Source: Promethearchaeota archaeon
GTDB taxonomy: Archaea > Asgardarchaeota > Lokiarchaeia > Sigyniarchaeales > SOKP01
Length of the DNA stretch: 64,000 bases
Assembly (NCBI GenBank): GCA_008080735.1
Contig: SHMW01000009.1
Span: 6,883-70,882 of the forward strand
Direction: 5' to 3'
Shown: one piece after another, positions 29,951 through 39,227 of the stretch
How the letters are laid out: each line of letters starts with the position of its first letter
Numbering within the stretch: the first letter of the stretch is position 1
Program-made: the position numbers and the translations under genes
The notes under the pieces: model-generated
What the model saw: only the letters and a program-made list of their open reading frames with translations
Told to the model about the DNA's origin: nothing
Databases searched by the model: none

Positions 29951-30796
29951 ATGATTGAATTAATTCCAGAATTAGCAGAGTTAGAGTTAGCTATTTTTGA
30001 CCTAGACGGTGTTGTATATCGTGGAAGTCAATTAATTCCAAATGTGGATTCGATTATTCAAACCCTAAAGGATAATTCCATTGATGTGGTATTTAATTCA
30101 AATAACTCCACCGCAACCAGAAAAGCGTATGTGAAGAGATTAACTAATATGAATATCCAATGCAAGAGAGAGGACTTTTACACAAGTGCATCGATTACAG
30201 CATCCGAGATAACCAAGTTAAACCAGAATGCGAAAATATTCGTAATTGGAGAGATTGGATTAAAAGAAGAACTCAAAGCAAAAGGTCATTATATAATTAA
30301 GCATAAAAAAGAATTCAAGCTCGTAGATTATGTAATTGTAGGGTTAGATAGAGATTTTCACTATAAAAACTTGGCAATTGCCCAAAAATGTATTTTAGAA
30401 GGAAATGCGATTTTCTATGCTACAAATGCAGACTCTACACTACCAAGCGAAGATGGTCTAATGCCAGGGGCAGGAGTTATGGTAAACGCCGTCCAAGTTT
30501 GTACTGGTCATCCACCCAAGAAAATTTTTGGAAAACCTAATCCCTTTGGAATTCTATCAATTTTAGAAGATAGGCAATTAAGTGCTGAAAAAACCTGCAT
30601 TTTTGGAGATAGATTAAATACTGATATTATGGCAGGGAATAGGGCAGGAATTAAAACAATCGCAGTTATGACGGGAGTCACGAACAAGAAGGAAATTAAT
30701 GAACTAAGGAAGAAATCACAAAATTCCGATAAAATTGATAAAGATTTACTACCAGATCTAGTATTAGAAAATCTTAATGATCTTTTTGTGCGTTAG
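29951..30796 (+). CDS. HAD-IIA hydrolase (NagD-like)
   Basis: DLDGV, SNNS, TNAD, GKPNP, GDRLNTDI. Confidence 0.92.
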   Translation: MIELIPELAELELAIFDLDGVVYRGSQLIPNVDSIIQTLKDNSIDVVFNSNNSTATRKAYVKRLTNMNIQCKREDFYTSASITASEITKLNQNAKIFVIGEIGLKEELKAKGHYIIKHKKEFKLVDYVIVGLDRDFHYKNLAIAQKCILEGNAIFYATNADSTLPSEDGLMPGAGVMVNAVQVCTGHPPKKIFGKPNPFGILSILEDRQLSAEKTCIFGDRLNTDIMAGNRAGIKTIAVMTGVTNKKEINELRKKSQNSDKIDKDLLPDLVLENLNDLFVR

Positions 30797-30797
30797 G

Positions 30798-31163
30798 TTA
30801 GGCTAATTCTAATTCTCTGAGCGCCGCAATAGGAAGATATCCATTTTCCTGTCCGCTATCGAGATTATTAAGAACTTTTTGAGCAATTACCTCTATCTCT
30901 TTTTCGAAATCTTCTGGATCTTCAAGAATGTTCAATATCAATACGACAAAATAATTAGAGGACGGACCAGAATAATAGGAAATAAAATTTATCGATTCTA
31001 AATTAAGCCACGCCGTTCCTTCTTGCCTGGAGTATTGGTGCATGTTATATACTTGAAGTAAGGTTTTTTTAGATATACGAGATGCGATCTCCTTCGGATG
31101 TTTATCTAAAATTTCTATTCCACTTCTATTATTAAAATGGAGTAACAAGAGCCCTTCTGGCAT
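30798..31163 (-). CDS. Stand-alone longin/uDENN-like domain protein
   Basis: GLLLLHFNNRSGIEILDKHP start and beta-hairpin/helix pattern typical of longin folds. Confidence 0.55.
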   Translation of the reverse strand: MPEGLLLLHFNNRSGIEILDKHPKEIASRISKKTLLQVYNMHQYSRQEGTAWLNLESINFISYYSGPSSNYFVVLILNILEDPEDFEKEIEVIAQKVLNNLDSGQENGYLPIAALRELELA

Positions 31164-31498
31164 TTTTCCCTAACCACTGTTAATCTTATTCTTATCATAA
31201 TAATACAAATGCGAATTTATAAAATTTGATTAATTTGATTAAGATTCCCTCAATATCAAATATTTAAAAAATCGCCTCTACTTATCAAATATAGCATTAA
31301 ATGACGCAATTTATTATATAAAAGAATTTCAATCAAATGCAGCTAATTCTGGCGGAGAAAAAAGTGTTTAAATATTAGCATGATATGTTCCTTTTAGAGG
31401 CCTAAGATATTAATTAAATTATAGAAAACTTGCAGAGACTTTATATTTAAAATACTTAATAATTTATAATCTATAATCCTTAAGAAAGAGGGAGAGAA

Positions 31499-31696
31499 TT
31501 GGATAATAGAATTGAGCAGAGGATAATGGAATTACAGCGTGCCATCGAGATTTTGGAAGATCATCTCAATAAATTTGGCTCAAACATAAATTCAGACCAA
31601 GTATCGTTCATTCGAGATAAGCTTGAATTATATAAGCGTGAAATAAAAATTCGGAAAGATTTTCCAGTCCATTTGGCAAGATATTCGAAAATATGA
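31499..31696 (+). CDS. Small helical-hairpin hypothetical protein
   Basis: GAGGGAG SD-like sequence before TTG; two amphipathic helices. Confidence 0.55.
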   Translation: MDNRIEQRIMELQRAIEILEDHLNKFGSNINSDQVSFIRDKLELYKREIKIRKDFPVHLARYSKI

Positions 31697-32452
31697 ATCT
31701 GTTTTATTTGTAAATAATAAAAATCAAGTTAACTGATATTCTAACGAATTAGTTTACATGAGTGTATTTTGTTTTATTTTTTTATCATCCAATTAATATA
31801 AAGGATTTATATTGAACTTTAACTAGATAGTTAAAATAGAAATAGACAATCACATACATTCGAAATTGCGTGAGGTAGAAATATTATAATTTAGTAATTG
31901 TTGGAATTTGAGAATTATTTTAGACAAATGTATTCTTAAGTTGATATGCAAAAATAATTTCTTCCTTTCATAGGCAGCCTTGATAGCTTTTATTTCTGGA
32001 TGCTATGGAAAAATAGAGAAAAAAATATGCTACCTTATATATTCAAATTGTTTTTGCCAAATACAATTTAAGCAAAATACAATATTACACTTAAAGATTG
32101 AATATACTTTGAAAATTTTTATGGGATGGCCATTTTTATTCCATAGTATTGCATAGAGTCCCCGACAAATTATGTCTACGGACATCTTTAAAAATGTCTT
32201 CGCAAATAGTCAAGAAAATTGACTCTGATTTATATATCAATTTTAAAATAAACTAAGCAGAAATAAGATAAGTTGGAATCTCTAAGACGAATATTCAAAG
32301 AATAAATTACGTAAGCTACTTAGAAATGGAAATAAAACATTTCATTAGTCATAGGGTTTACAATTATTATTATTAAGGTGTTAATAAGGATATTAACTCA
32401 TTAATAACTGCCTAATAATTCAATATGACCGAATAGAACAAGTTTTGAGGTA

Positions 32453-33016
32453 TTAGATGTGCTTGGTCTCTTGAGTTGCTATACCAGATCTCTGCAATAA
32501 TAATCGTGTAATCGTCTCGAATATTTTTTCGACATTTTTTCCCGTCTTCGCAGAGCATTCCATATATTCATACAGATTCTGGCTTCTTACTACCGCCTCC
32601 GCTTGTTCACGAGACACAGACCGTTTATACTCAAGATCTAATTTTCCTCCCACCATTAGGACTGGTAACGTATTACCAGATTGTTTCAAATGATAACCAT
32701 CCCTGAAAATATTAAGCCAATCTTCGAAATTTTTCAGACTTGTGTATCGAGTGATGTCAAACATAAAGATTCCTCCAGATGAACCCGCAACATAGCTTGG
32801 AAGTAAGAACCGAAATCTATCTTCACCAGCAAAATCCCAGATTTGCAGTGAAACTTTTTTCCCGTACATTGTTAGTTTCTTTACATAAAAATCTACCCCG
32901 ATTGTCATCGTTGTGGAAGTATCAAAAATACCAGTGAGAAATCTCTTCACTAGAGTTGTCTTTCCTACTCCTCCATCTCCAAAGATTACAATTTTGAAAA
33001 GCGCATCGCTAGGAAT
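32453..33016 (-). CDS. Rab-like small GTPase (probable ATT start)
   Basis: Frame extends upstream of the track start to include FKIVIFGDGGVGKTT; TIGVDF, WDFAGE, GGKLD, CSAK. Confidence 0.9.
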   Translation of the reverse strand: MPSDALFKIVIFGDGGVGKTTLVKRFLTGIFDTSTTMTIGVDFYVKKLTMYGKKVSLQIWDFAGEDRFRFLLPSYVAGSSGGIFMFDITRYTSLKNFEDWLNIFRDGYHLKQSGNTLPVLMVGGKLDLEYKRSVSREQAEAVVRSQNLYEYMECSAKTGKNVEKIFETITRLLLQRSGIATQETKHI

Positions 33017-33498
33017 GATATATTCCTCCTTTTTGAAATTCTAATTGAGAGTTGAATACCCATGAATCGAAAACCCAAGTTTGAAAATATGACATTACAA
33101 ATTTCTCTTACTATTTCAATTTTTTCATAGATAAAGCTTTGAAAGGTAAACTATATTCTTAATCAAATCTACCCAACTTTACAATATTATAAATATAATA
33201 AAACAAGCTGTTAAAAAAAATTTGTATTTTCACAAAAACCCTATGAAAACTGGAATTTTTTTCTTAGAAATACCTAATTTTTTAAAAAAAATAAGATATA
33301 TTACTAATATAGTTTTACATTTTTGTTTGGAATATTGATTCAAGTTGTTAGAGCAGATTAATTAGAGATAGATTTATACATTTTGATTAGGGAATACATA
33401 ATTTTAAAATCTCTATACTTACATATTGAGAATCAAAAAATAGAAAAAGTTGAACAAGGAATTATATATACTAAATAAAACCTCAAAGACTGAAGAAA

Positions 33499-34668
33499 AT
33501 GAGCAAAAATAAAACAATAGTATCTATTGTTAATATTGAAGGTTTCCCCACAACTGAGGAAGCAATAATCCATGCTATAGAGCTTATCGAATCTGACTTT
33601 CATTTTAATCTAAATAGCGCAAAGCAGATTCTATTAAAACCAAATCTTTTGATAGGAAAAAAGGACGCATGCACGCAGCCTAGATTTGTTAAAGGAGTAA
33701 TTAAATATTTGCAAAAGAAAGAGGTCCAGATCAAAAATATTTTTATAGGGGATAGCCCAGGACAATTCAAAAAAAATGCTATTGATATCGCGAAAAAAGT
33801 AGGAATTTACGAAATCTGTAATAACTCCGGGGTAGTTTTCAAGGAATTCGAAAATGAAATCCCTTATCATGAAAAAATAGAAGACGGAGAGAAATTGACA
33901 GATTATTATGTATCAAAACCGATCAAAGATTCTGATATTATTATCAATTTACCCAAACTAAAGACGCATGGAGAAGCTACTATGACAGGTGCGATAAAGA
34001 ATTATTGGGGAATAATTCCAGGTGGTCTAAAGGCAAAATACCATCTCTTGGGAAAAACACCATATGAGTTTGGGAAATGTATCGCAGATAATTTTTCTTG
34101 GGTTTATCATAACAAACTCAATCGCATCATCGTATATGATCTCCAAAAAATAATGCAAGGAACTATGGGACCTGTATCAGGCAAAATGGTAGAATGGAAT
34201 TTGGTAATGGCGGGTACAGACGAATTAGCATTAGATACAATCGCCTTAGAGCTCGGCGAAGTTGATCCAGACTTGATTCCTCATTTAAAGGAGGCAAAAA
34301 AAAGAGAGTTGGGAGTTAGTGAGCTTGAAAAAATCGAGATAGTGGGAATGTCACTCAAAGAGGCTAAAAAAAAGACTCCAAAATTTAAAATTCCTGGAAA
34401 GCGCATGCTAAAGATAGGTTCCTATATAACAAGTAGGATTGTGTATAAAGTTACTAAGAAGATTCCGATCTTAAACAAGAATAAATGCGTAGGCTGTCAA
34501 GAGTGCGCCCAAATTTGCCCCGCAGATGCGATTGAATTCAATAATTCAAGATATCCCGAATTTCAGAGAGAAAAATGTATCTCATGTTTATGTTGTTCAG
34601 AATTATGTAGTCAACAAGCAATCGAGACAAAAAGGCGAGGAATTAAGGGATTATTCAAGGGATATTAA
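33499..34668 (+). CDS. DUF362 protein with C-terminal 2x[4Fe-4S] ferredoxin
   Basis: LLKPNL, INLPKLKTH, GAIKN; CVGCQECAQICP and CISCLCCSELC. Confidence 0.9.
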   Translation: MSKNKTIVSIVNIEGFPTTEEAIIHAIELIESDFHFNLNSAKQILLKPNLLIGKKDACTQPRFVKGVIKYLQKKEVQIKNIFIGDSPGQFKKNAIDIAKKVGIYEICNNSGVVFKEFENEIPYHEKIEDGEKLTDYYVSKPIKDSDIIINLPKLKTHGEATMTGAIKNYWGIIPGGLKAKYHLLGKTPYEFGKCIADNFSWVYHNKLNRIIVYDLQKIMQGTMGPVSGKMVEWNLVMAGTDELALDTIALELGEVDPDLIPHLKEAKKRELGVSELEKIEIVGMSLKEAKKKTPKFKIPGKRMLKIGSYITSRIVYKVTKKIPILNKNKCVGCQECAQICPADAIEFNNSRYPEFQREKCISCLCCSELCSQQAIETKRRGIKGLFKGY

Positions 34669-34677
34669 TTCCCCATT

Positions 34678-36087
34678 TCAAACTGAATCAATCTTATTTA
34701 TACGGTTTTTATACGCGTTCAAAAAGAAATGATAACCTAACCGCGCATTCAAAATAGAATTTAATTTTACAAATTCATTCGCAGCGTGAGCATTTCCTCC
34801 AATTCCGAGTCCCCCCGTGATATAATTCATACCGAATTGATTTTGCATTATATTTAACGGAGAAGCTGCCGCACTAATAGGCCAAATTTCTGTAGATATA
34901 TTTAATTTTGTGAATGCTTCCTCAAGACTCTGTACTAAGGTTGATTTTTTCGGGACTTTTGAACTTCCATACCCCATATTTTTAGTGATTCTGACATTTG
35001 AGTGTAGTTTATTTTTATATTTCTTTACTTTTTCTTGCAGTTGATGAAATAATGTATCAATAGAAATGTTGTGAGCAAATCTGATATCGATATTACATGA
35101 AGATCTATTAGGAACAGAATTTTTAAATCCTGAGTTTAAATAACCCGATTTAAGTGTTGATATATTGAAAGTGGGTTCAAATAGATATTGATTAAAAAAT
35201 TCATCCGGTTCAGTGTTAATTGAATTTATTATTCCCGCTTTTTTTTCAATATTTTTAATAGATTGTTTATAGGTAAGATCTTTAAGAAGTTGTCTATCTT
35301 CTGTTGATACCTCGTATTTTTTTGAAAGAATTGGGAGCGAGATTACATCATCTGGAAGGAGATAATTAATCAATCGTATAAGATCGTAAGCAGGATTCGG
35401 GACATTATTTGCATATGAAGAATGCACCTCTTCATTATCACTGAATATCTCTATCGTGAACGATAGAATCCCTTTATAGCCCAACTTGAGAACGGCATCT
35501 CCATTGAGATTTTGTTTTAGCGCTGGATAATATGCATCCTTACACTTTCGTATATGAGTTAAATTGTTTTGAATGAATTTAGCAAACGAAGGAGAACCCA
35601 TTTCTTCCTCTCCATCGAATATTAGATAAAGCGATAGAGGTAATTGATTCATTGATTTTAAAATTTTTACTACATTTAAAAAGGCGATTAACGGAGTTTT
35701 AGAATTATAGGCCCCTCGGGCAAAAATACATTCACCTAACTCTGACAAAGAAGGATTTATTTTTATTTTCGCTTTAGAAGGAGGTGAAATCCATTTATTT
35801 CCATTTTTTATTGGTTGGGTATCATACATCATGTATATTAATAGATACTTTTCCGAGTCCCCTCTTACGTGTGAGAGAATTATGGGATTAATCTCACCTT
35901 GGAATTCTATTATTTCCTCTGAAATATCTTCGATGTATGATTTGATATAGGTTATAGCTTCATTTATTCCCTTTTTATTGGCTGTATTACTTTGAATTCG
36001 TAAGAAAGGAATCAATTCATTTCGAATGAATTCATTGTCTGTTCGATTAATTTGTTTCACAATATCATCTTGCATATCAAAAATCAC
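34678..36087 (-). CDS. M20 family peptidase/amidohydrolase (dipeptidase-like)
   Basis: YDTQP, ARGA, GEEEMGS, LGYKG, NAHAANE. Confidence 0.85.
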   Translation of the reverse strand: MIFDMQDDIVKQINRTDNEFIRNELIPFLRIQSNTANKKGINEAITYIKSYIEDISEEIIEFQGEINPIILSHVRGDSEKYLLIYMMYDTQPIKNGNKWISPPSKAKIKINPSLSELGECIFARGAYNSKTPLIAFLNVVKILKSMNQLPLSLYLIFDGEEEMGSPSFAKFIQNNLTHIRKCKDAYYPALKQNLNGDAVLKLGYKGILSFTIEIFSDNEEVHSSYANNVPNPAYDLIRLINYLLPDDVISLPILSKKYEVSTEDRQLLKDLTYKQSIKNIEKKAGIINSINTEPDEFFNQYLFEPTFNISTLKSGYLNSGFKNSVPNRSSCNIDIRFAHNISIDTLFHQLQEKVKKYKNKLHSNVRITKNMGYGSSKVPKKSTLVQSLEEAFTKLNISTEIWPISAAASPLNIMQNQFGMNYITGGLGIGGNAHAANEFVKLNSILNARLGYHFFLNAYKNRINKIDSV

Positions 36088-36135
36088 TTAAATTATTATA
36101 AAATTAAATTGATATTAATTCTTCTAGTTAATTAT

Positions 36136-36525
36136 ATGGATAATCCAAACCCTACAGATATTCCGAAAATTAGCAAATTGAATGAAATAATTGATGATAT
36201 AAAGGTGCAAGGGGATCTCTCGGGGGTGATCCTTGCTTATAAAGATGGAAGATTGATTGTCGAAAATACAGAAGGAACATATAATTTTGATGAGTTTATT
36301 CCTCTTATCGCTTCAGCATTACGTAGTGCAGAAGATATTGGTGATTGTGTGAGCGGTAGGAAGGTTAAGAAGATAATTGCCCAATTAGAAGATATTTCTA
36401 TAATGATCTTAAAGACTAAAATTAAAAGTGCTTTCTTAGCGCTTATTATTAATGAGGAATCTTGTGTAGGCTCTGTGTTGGAGAATTTTGATACTTTATC
36501 AAAGCAAATAGAAGAAAATATATAG
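36136..36525 (+). CDS. Roadblock/LC7 domain protein
   Basis: GVILAYKDGRLI, roadblock secondary-structure pattern. Confidence 0.75.
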   Translation: MDNPNPTDIPKISKLNEIIDDIKVQGDLSGVILAYKDGRLIVENTEGTYNFDEFIPLIASALRSAEDIGDCVSGRKVKKIIAQLEDISIMILKTKIKSAFLALIINEESCVGSVLENFDTLSKQIEENI

Positions 36526-36609
36526 AATTCAACCATTGTATTCTATAAAACGATTTAGCTAGATAAATCTATAAATATATTTAGTAATTTCAAACTCAAG
36601 GTAATTTAG

Positions 36610-37488
36610 ATGAATAGAGCATATATGAAGAATGAAACTTTTGATGGAACTTATCCATTCAAACCGCATTTTGAGAAAATTAATGGATTTAATATGCATT
36701 ATGCAGATGAGGGAACGGGGGAGCCTATAGTATGTTTACATGGTGAGCCTACTTGGTCTTATTTATACAGAAATTTTATCAAAGAGCTTTCAAAAGCAAA
36801 TCGAGTAATCGCTCCTGATCAAATGGGTTTCGGAAAGAGCGATGTACCACAAGATAAAGAATATTTAATGAAAGAACATGTTGAAAATTTCACGCAATTA
36901 CTACTTAGATTGGATCTAGAGAATATCACATTAGTAATACAAGATTGGGGAGGTCCAATTGGGTTAGGATTCGCAGTCGATCATGCGGAGCGAATTAAAC
37001 GCTTAGTGATTATGAATACCTCAGTTGGGATAATGAATGAGGATAGGAAACCGTGGTACGCAATATTGGAAGAGAAAGGGATTTATAAACAATTTATCAT
37101 GAATATCGAAGGTTTAATTAAGGGAGGAATTTATCAGAAGGATAATATTACCGAATCAATGATTAATGCATACACAGCACCCTTTCCGAGTGAAGAATAT
37201 TATATCGGGGCATTCGCCTGGCCTAAAGATATTCCCGTGGGTGATTCTCATCCAAGCGCACCAATTATGTCACATGTAAGAAATAATTTGGATAAGCTTT
37301 TGGAAAAGGATAAGATTTTAATATGGGGCATGAAGGACCCTATATTTCCTGAGAAAACGATTGAATGGTGGCATAAGATTTATCCAGAAATAAAAACCTT
37401 TCAAATTCAATATGCCTCACATTTTCTTCAAGAGGATGCTCCTCTTGAGATTATCAGAATAATTAAAAAATTTTTAGGGGAAACTTAG
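36610..37488 (+). CDS. Haloalkane dehalogenase-like alpha/beta hydrolase
   Basis: HGEPTWSYLYR, GFGKSD, QDWGG, WGMKD, HFLQED. Confidence 0.88.
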   Translation: MNRAYMKNETFDGTYPFKPHFEKINGFNMHYADEGTGEPIVCLHGEPTWSYLYRNFIKELSKANRVIAPDQMGFGKSDVPQDKEYLMKEHVENFTQLLLRLDLENITLVIQDWGGPIGLGFAVDHAERIKRLVIMNTSVGIMNEDRKPWYAILEEKGIYKQFIMNIEGLIKGGIYQKDNITESMINAYTAPFPSEEYYIGAFAWPKDIPVGDSHPSAPIMSHVRNNLDKLLEKDKILIWGMKDPIFPEKTIEWWHKIYPEIKTFQIQYASHFLQEDAPLEIIRIIKKFLGET

Positions 37489-37492
37489 TAAA

Positions 37493-38437
37493 TTAGATAA
37501 TGATCAGAATAACGCCGATAATAGTTAACATTACACCGATAAAACCTTTTTTCGAAATTTTTTCTTTATTTAACATATAACTTATTGGAAGCGCAAAGAG
37601 AGGATTAGCCGAAGCTATTAATGACATTACGGAAGCTCCTGCTATTCGTGCTGCTTCTGTAAAAAAATAAACTCCCATAGAGGTGCCGATTATCGAAGCG
37701 GAAATTAGCCATAACCATGTACTTTTCTTCTCTAAATTATTATCAGTTTTTTCTTTCTTTACCATAATTGACAAAAGAGCAAGCGCAAATGGAAACCTAA
37801 TAACATTTCCAACTACTGAACTTAAATTTTCATTAAAAAGGATACGATTGATTTCATTTGTAGCATAATCAATCATAATTAGTCCTAATGCCCATCCAAG
37901 AGAAGCAAATATAGCGAATAGTGAAGGAATTATTTTGAAGTTTTTTGAATCGTGTTTGAAATTCTTAATTTTTTTTTTCACTCTTAATTCCTTTTCATTT
38001 ATATTTAAATCAATTTTGTATTTCGAAATGATAAGTATTCCTATAGAAATTAATATGGCTGATGGAATCAAGAAGATTTCAAAAGGTCTCTCTAAGAAAA
38101 GGAGATCTAGAATAAACGTGAAAAAGGGAAAGGTCATGGAAATTGCCAGAGCTTTAGTGGTACCCAACTGTTTTTGAGATTTAAAATAAAAAGTGTCACC
38201 AATAACTTGACCGAATACAAAGCTTATGATTAATATTATCCATAAAGTCCAAGGAAGTGAAAAAATCGTATTAAAAATACCAAGAATCAAAGAAAATATA
38301 ATAAATGTTATTAATCCGACTCCAGTTCTGAACATATTAATAAAAATAGGTGAAACATCATCCTCAACTTTGCGAAACATAGCGTTAGATGAAACGAATG
38401 CTAAGTTTGCTAAGACGGCAATTATAACTCCGATCAT
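37493..38437 (-). CDS. DMT/EamA family transporter
   Basis: Two EamA repeats, ~10 TM, LFLER / LNKEK loops. Confidence 0.88.
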   Translation of the reverse strand: MIGVIIAVLANLAFVSSNAMFRKVEDDVSPIFINMFRTGVGLITFIIFSLILGIFNTIFSLPWTLWIILIISFVFGQVIGDTFYFKSQKQLGTTKALAISMTFPFFTFILDLLFLERPFEIFLIPSAILISIGILIISKYKIDLNINEKELRVKKKIKNFKHDSKNFKIIPSLFAIFASLGWALGLIMIDYATNEINRILFNENLSSVVGNVIRFPFALALLSIMVKKEKTDNNLEKKSTWLWLISASIIGTSMGVYFFTEAARIAGASVMSLIASANPLFALPISYMLNKEKISKKGFIGVMLTIIGVILIII

Positions 38438-38554
38438 CTATTTTAATAAAAACATAATTGCTTATAATTTAAATGATCCTAATAAATTCTGACGGGAATA
38501 TATAATATATAGAAAGATTATCAGAAACTCTACATCGAAGAATTAATTAATTCA

Positions 38555-38722
38555 ATGAGGTTGAGGGACGGTCAAGGTTGGGATATAGAAAGTGGAGGCA
38601 CCGGACTTGGTCTTTATATTGCAAAAATGATTGTCGAATTACATGGTGGGCAAATATGGGTTAAATCTGAAGGAAGAGATAAGGGTTCAAGATTCTATTT
38701 TACACTTCCTATAAAAAGTTAG
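38555..38722 (+). pseudogene. Orphan C-terminal fragment of a histidine kinase HATPase domain
   Basis: Hand translation [55 protein letters not shown] (G2 box only). Confidence 0.85.
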
Positions 38723-38862
38723 ATATGATGTTTTTAATTAATAAAAAATCTCTTGAAAACATATTAGGATTGTTTTAAGTAATACCCATAATGCTGGAAC
38801 ACCACATTTATAAAAATGAACTATCTGAAGAGAGAGATCACGAGAGAGTTTTTTATTTTGTC

Positions 38863-39027
38863 TCAGAATACTTCTACAGTCATATCTTTTTCTTCTTCCA
38901 TTATAGAAGACGCTACCTTTTCATCTAGCAAGCTATTAATGACTTCGGTAAAGGTTTTTGATACACCTTTGAACTCTCTCAATCTATTGAACGTTTCTTC
39001 ATCCACATAAATATTTCGTAATGCCAT
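38863..39027 (-). CDS. VapB/DUF217-like RHH antitoxin-type protein, 54 aa (not in ORF track)
   Basis: Hand translation MALRNIYVDEETFNRLREFKGVSKTFTEVINSLLDEK.. Confidence 0.7.
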   Translation of the reverse strand: MALRNIYVDEETFNRLREFKGVSKTFTEVINSLLDEKVASSIMEEEKDMTVEVF

Positions 39028-39038
39028 TTATAGGACAC

Positions 39039-39062
39039 CTATATAGACTATATATACTATAT
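39039..39062. repeat. Three CTATAT direct repeats at 9-bp period
   Basis: ctatat at 39039, 39048 and 39057, immediately upstream of the RHH gene start. Confidence 0.5.
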
Positions 39063-39227
39063 CTTTCTATTGTTGGTATATTTTATATATATTTGGAAGT
39101 ATTTAAACATTAAGGTTTAAATTCACAAAACCAAGATAGGATAAATAAAAATATTTAGTAATGTAAAAGGAAATTACCAGAAATAAATAAAAAGAAATGA
39201 TATAAGAGAAAGTTAAAAAAAGTGGAC

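Noticed and set aside
38816-39010. Plus-strand 64-aa ORF, and selenocysteine read-through of the TGA at 38863
   Set aside because: The plus ORF is the antisense shadow of the RHH gene; the sequence past the TGA is short, has no redox motif and no SECIS was recognised
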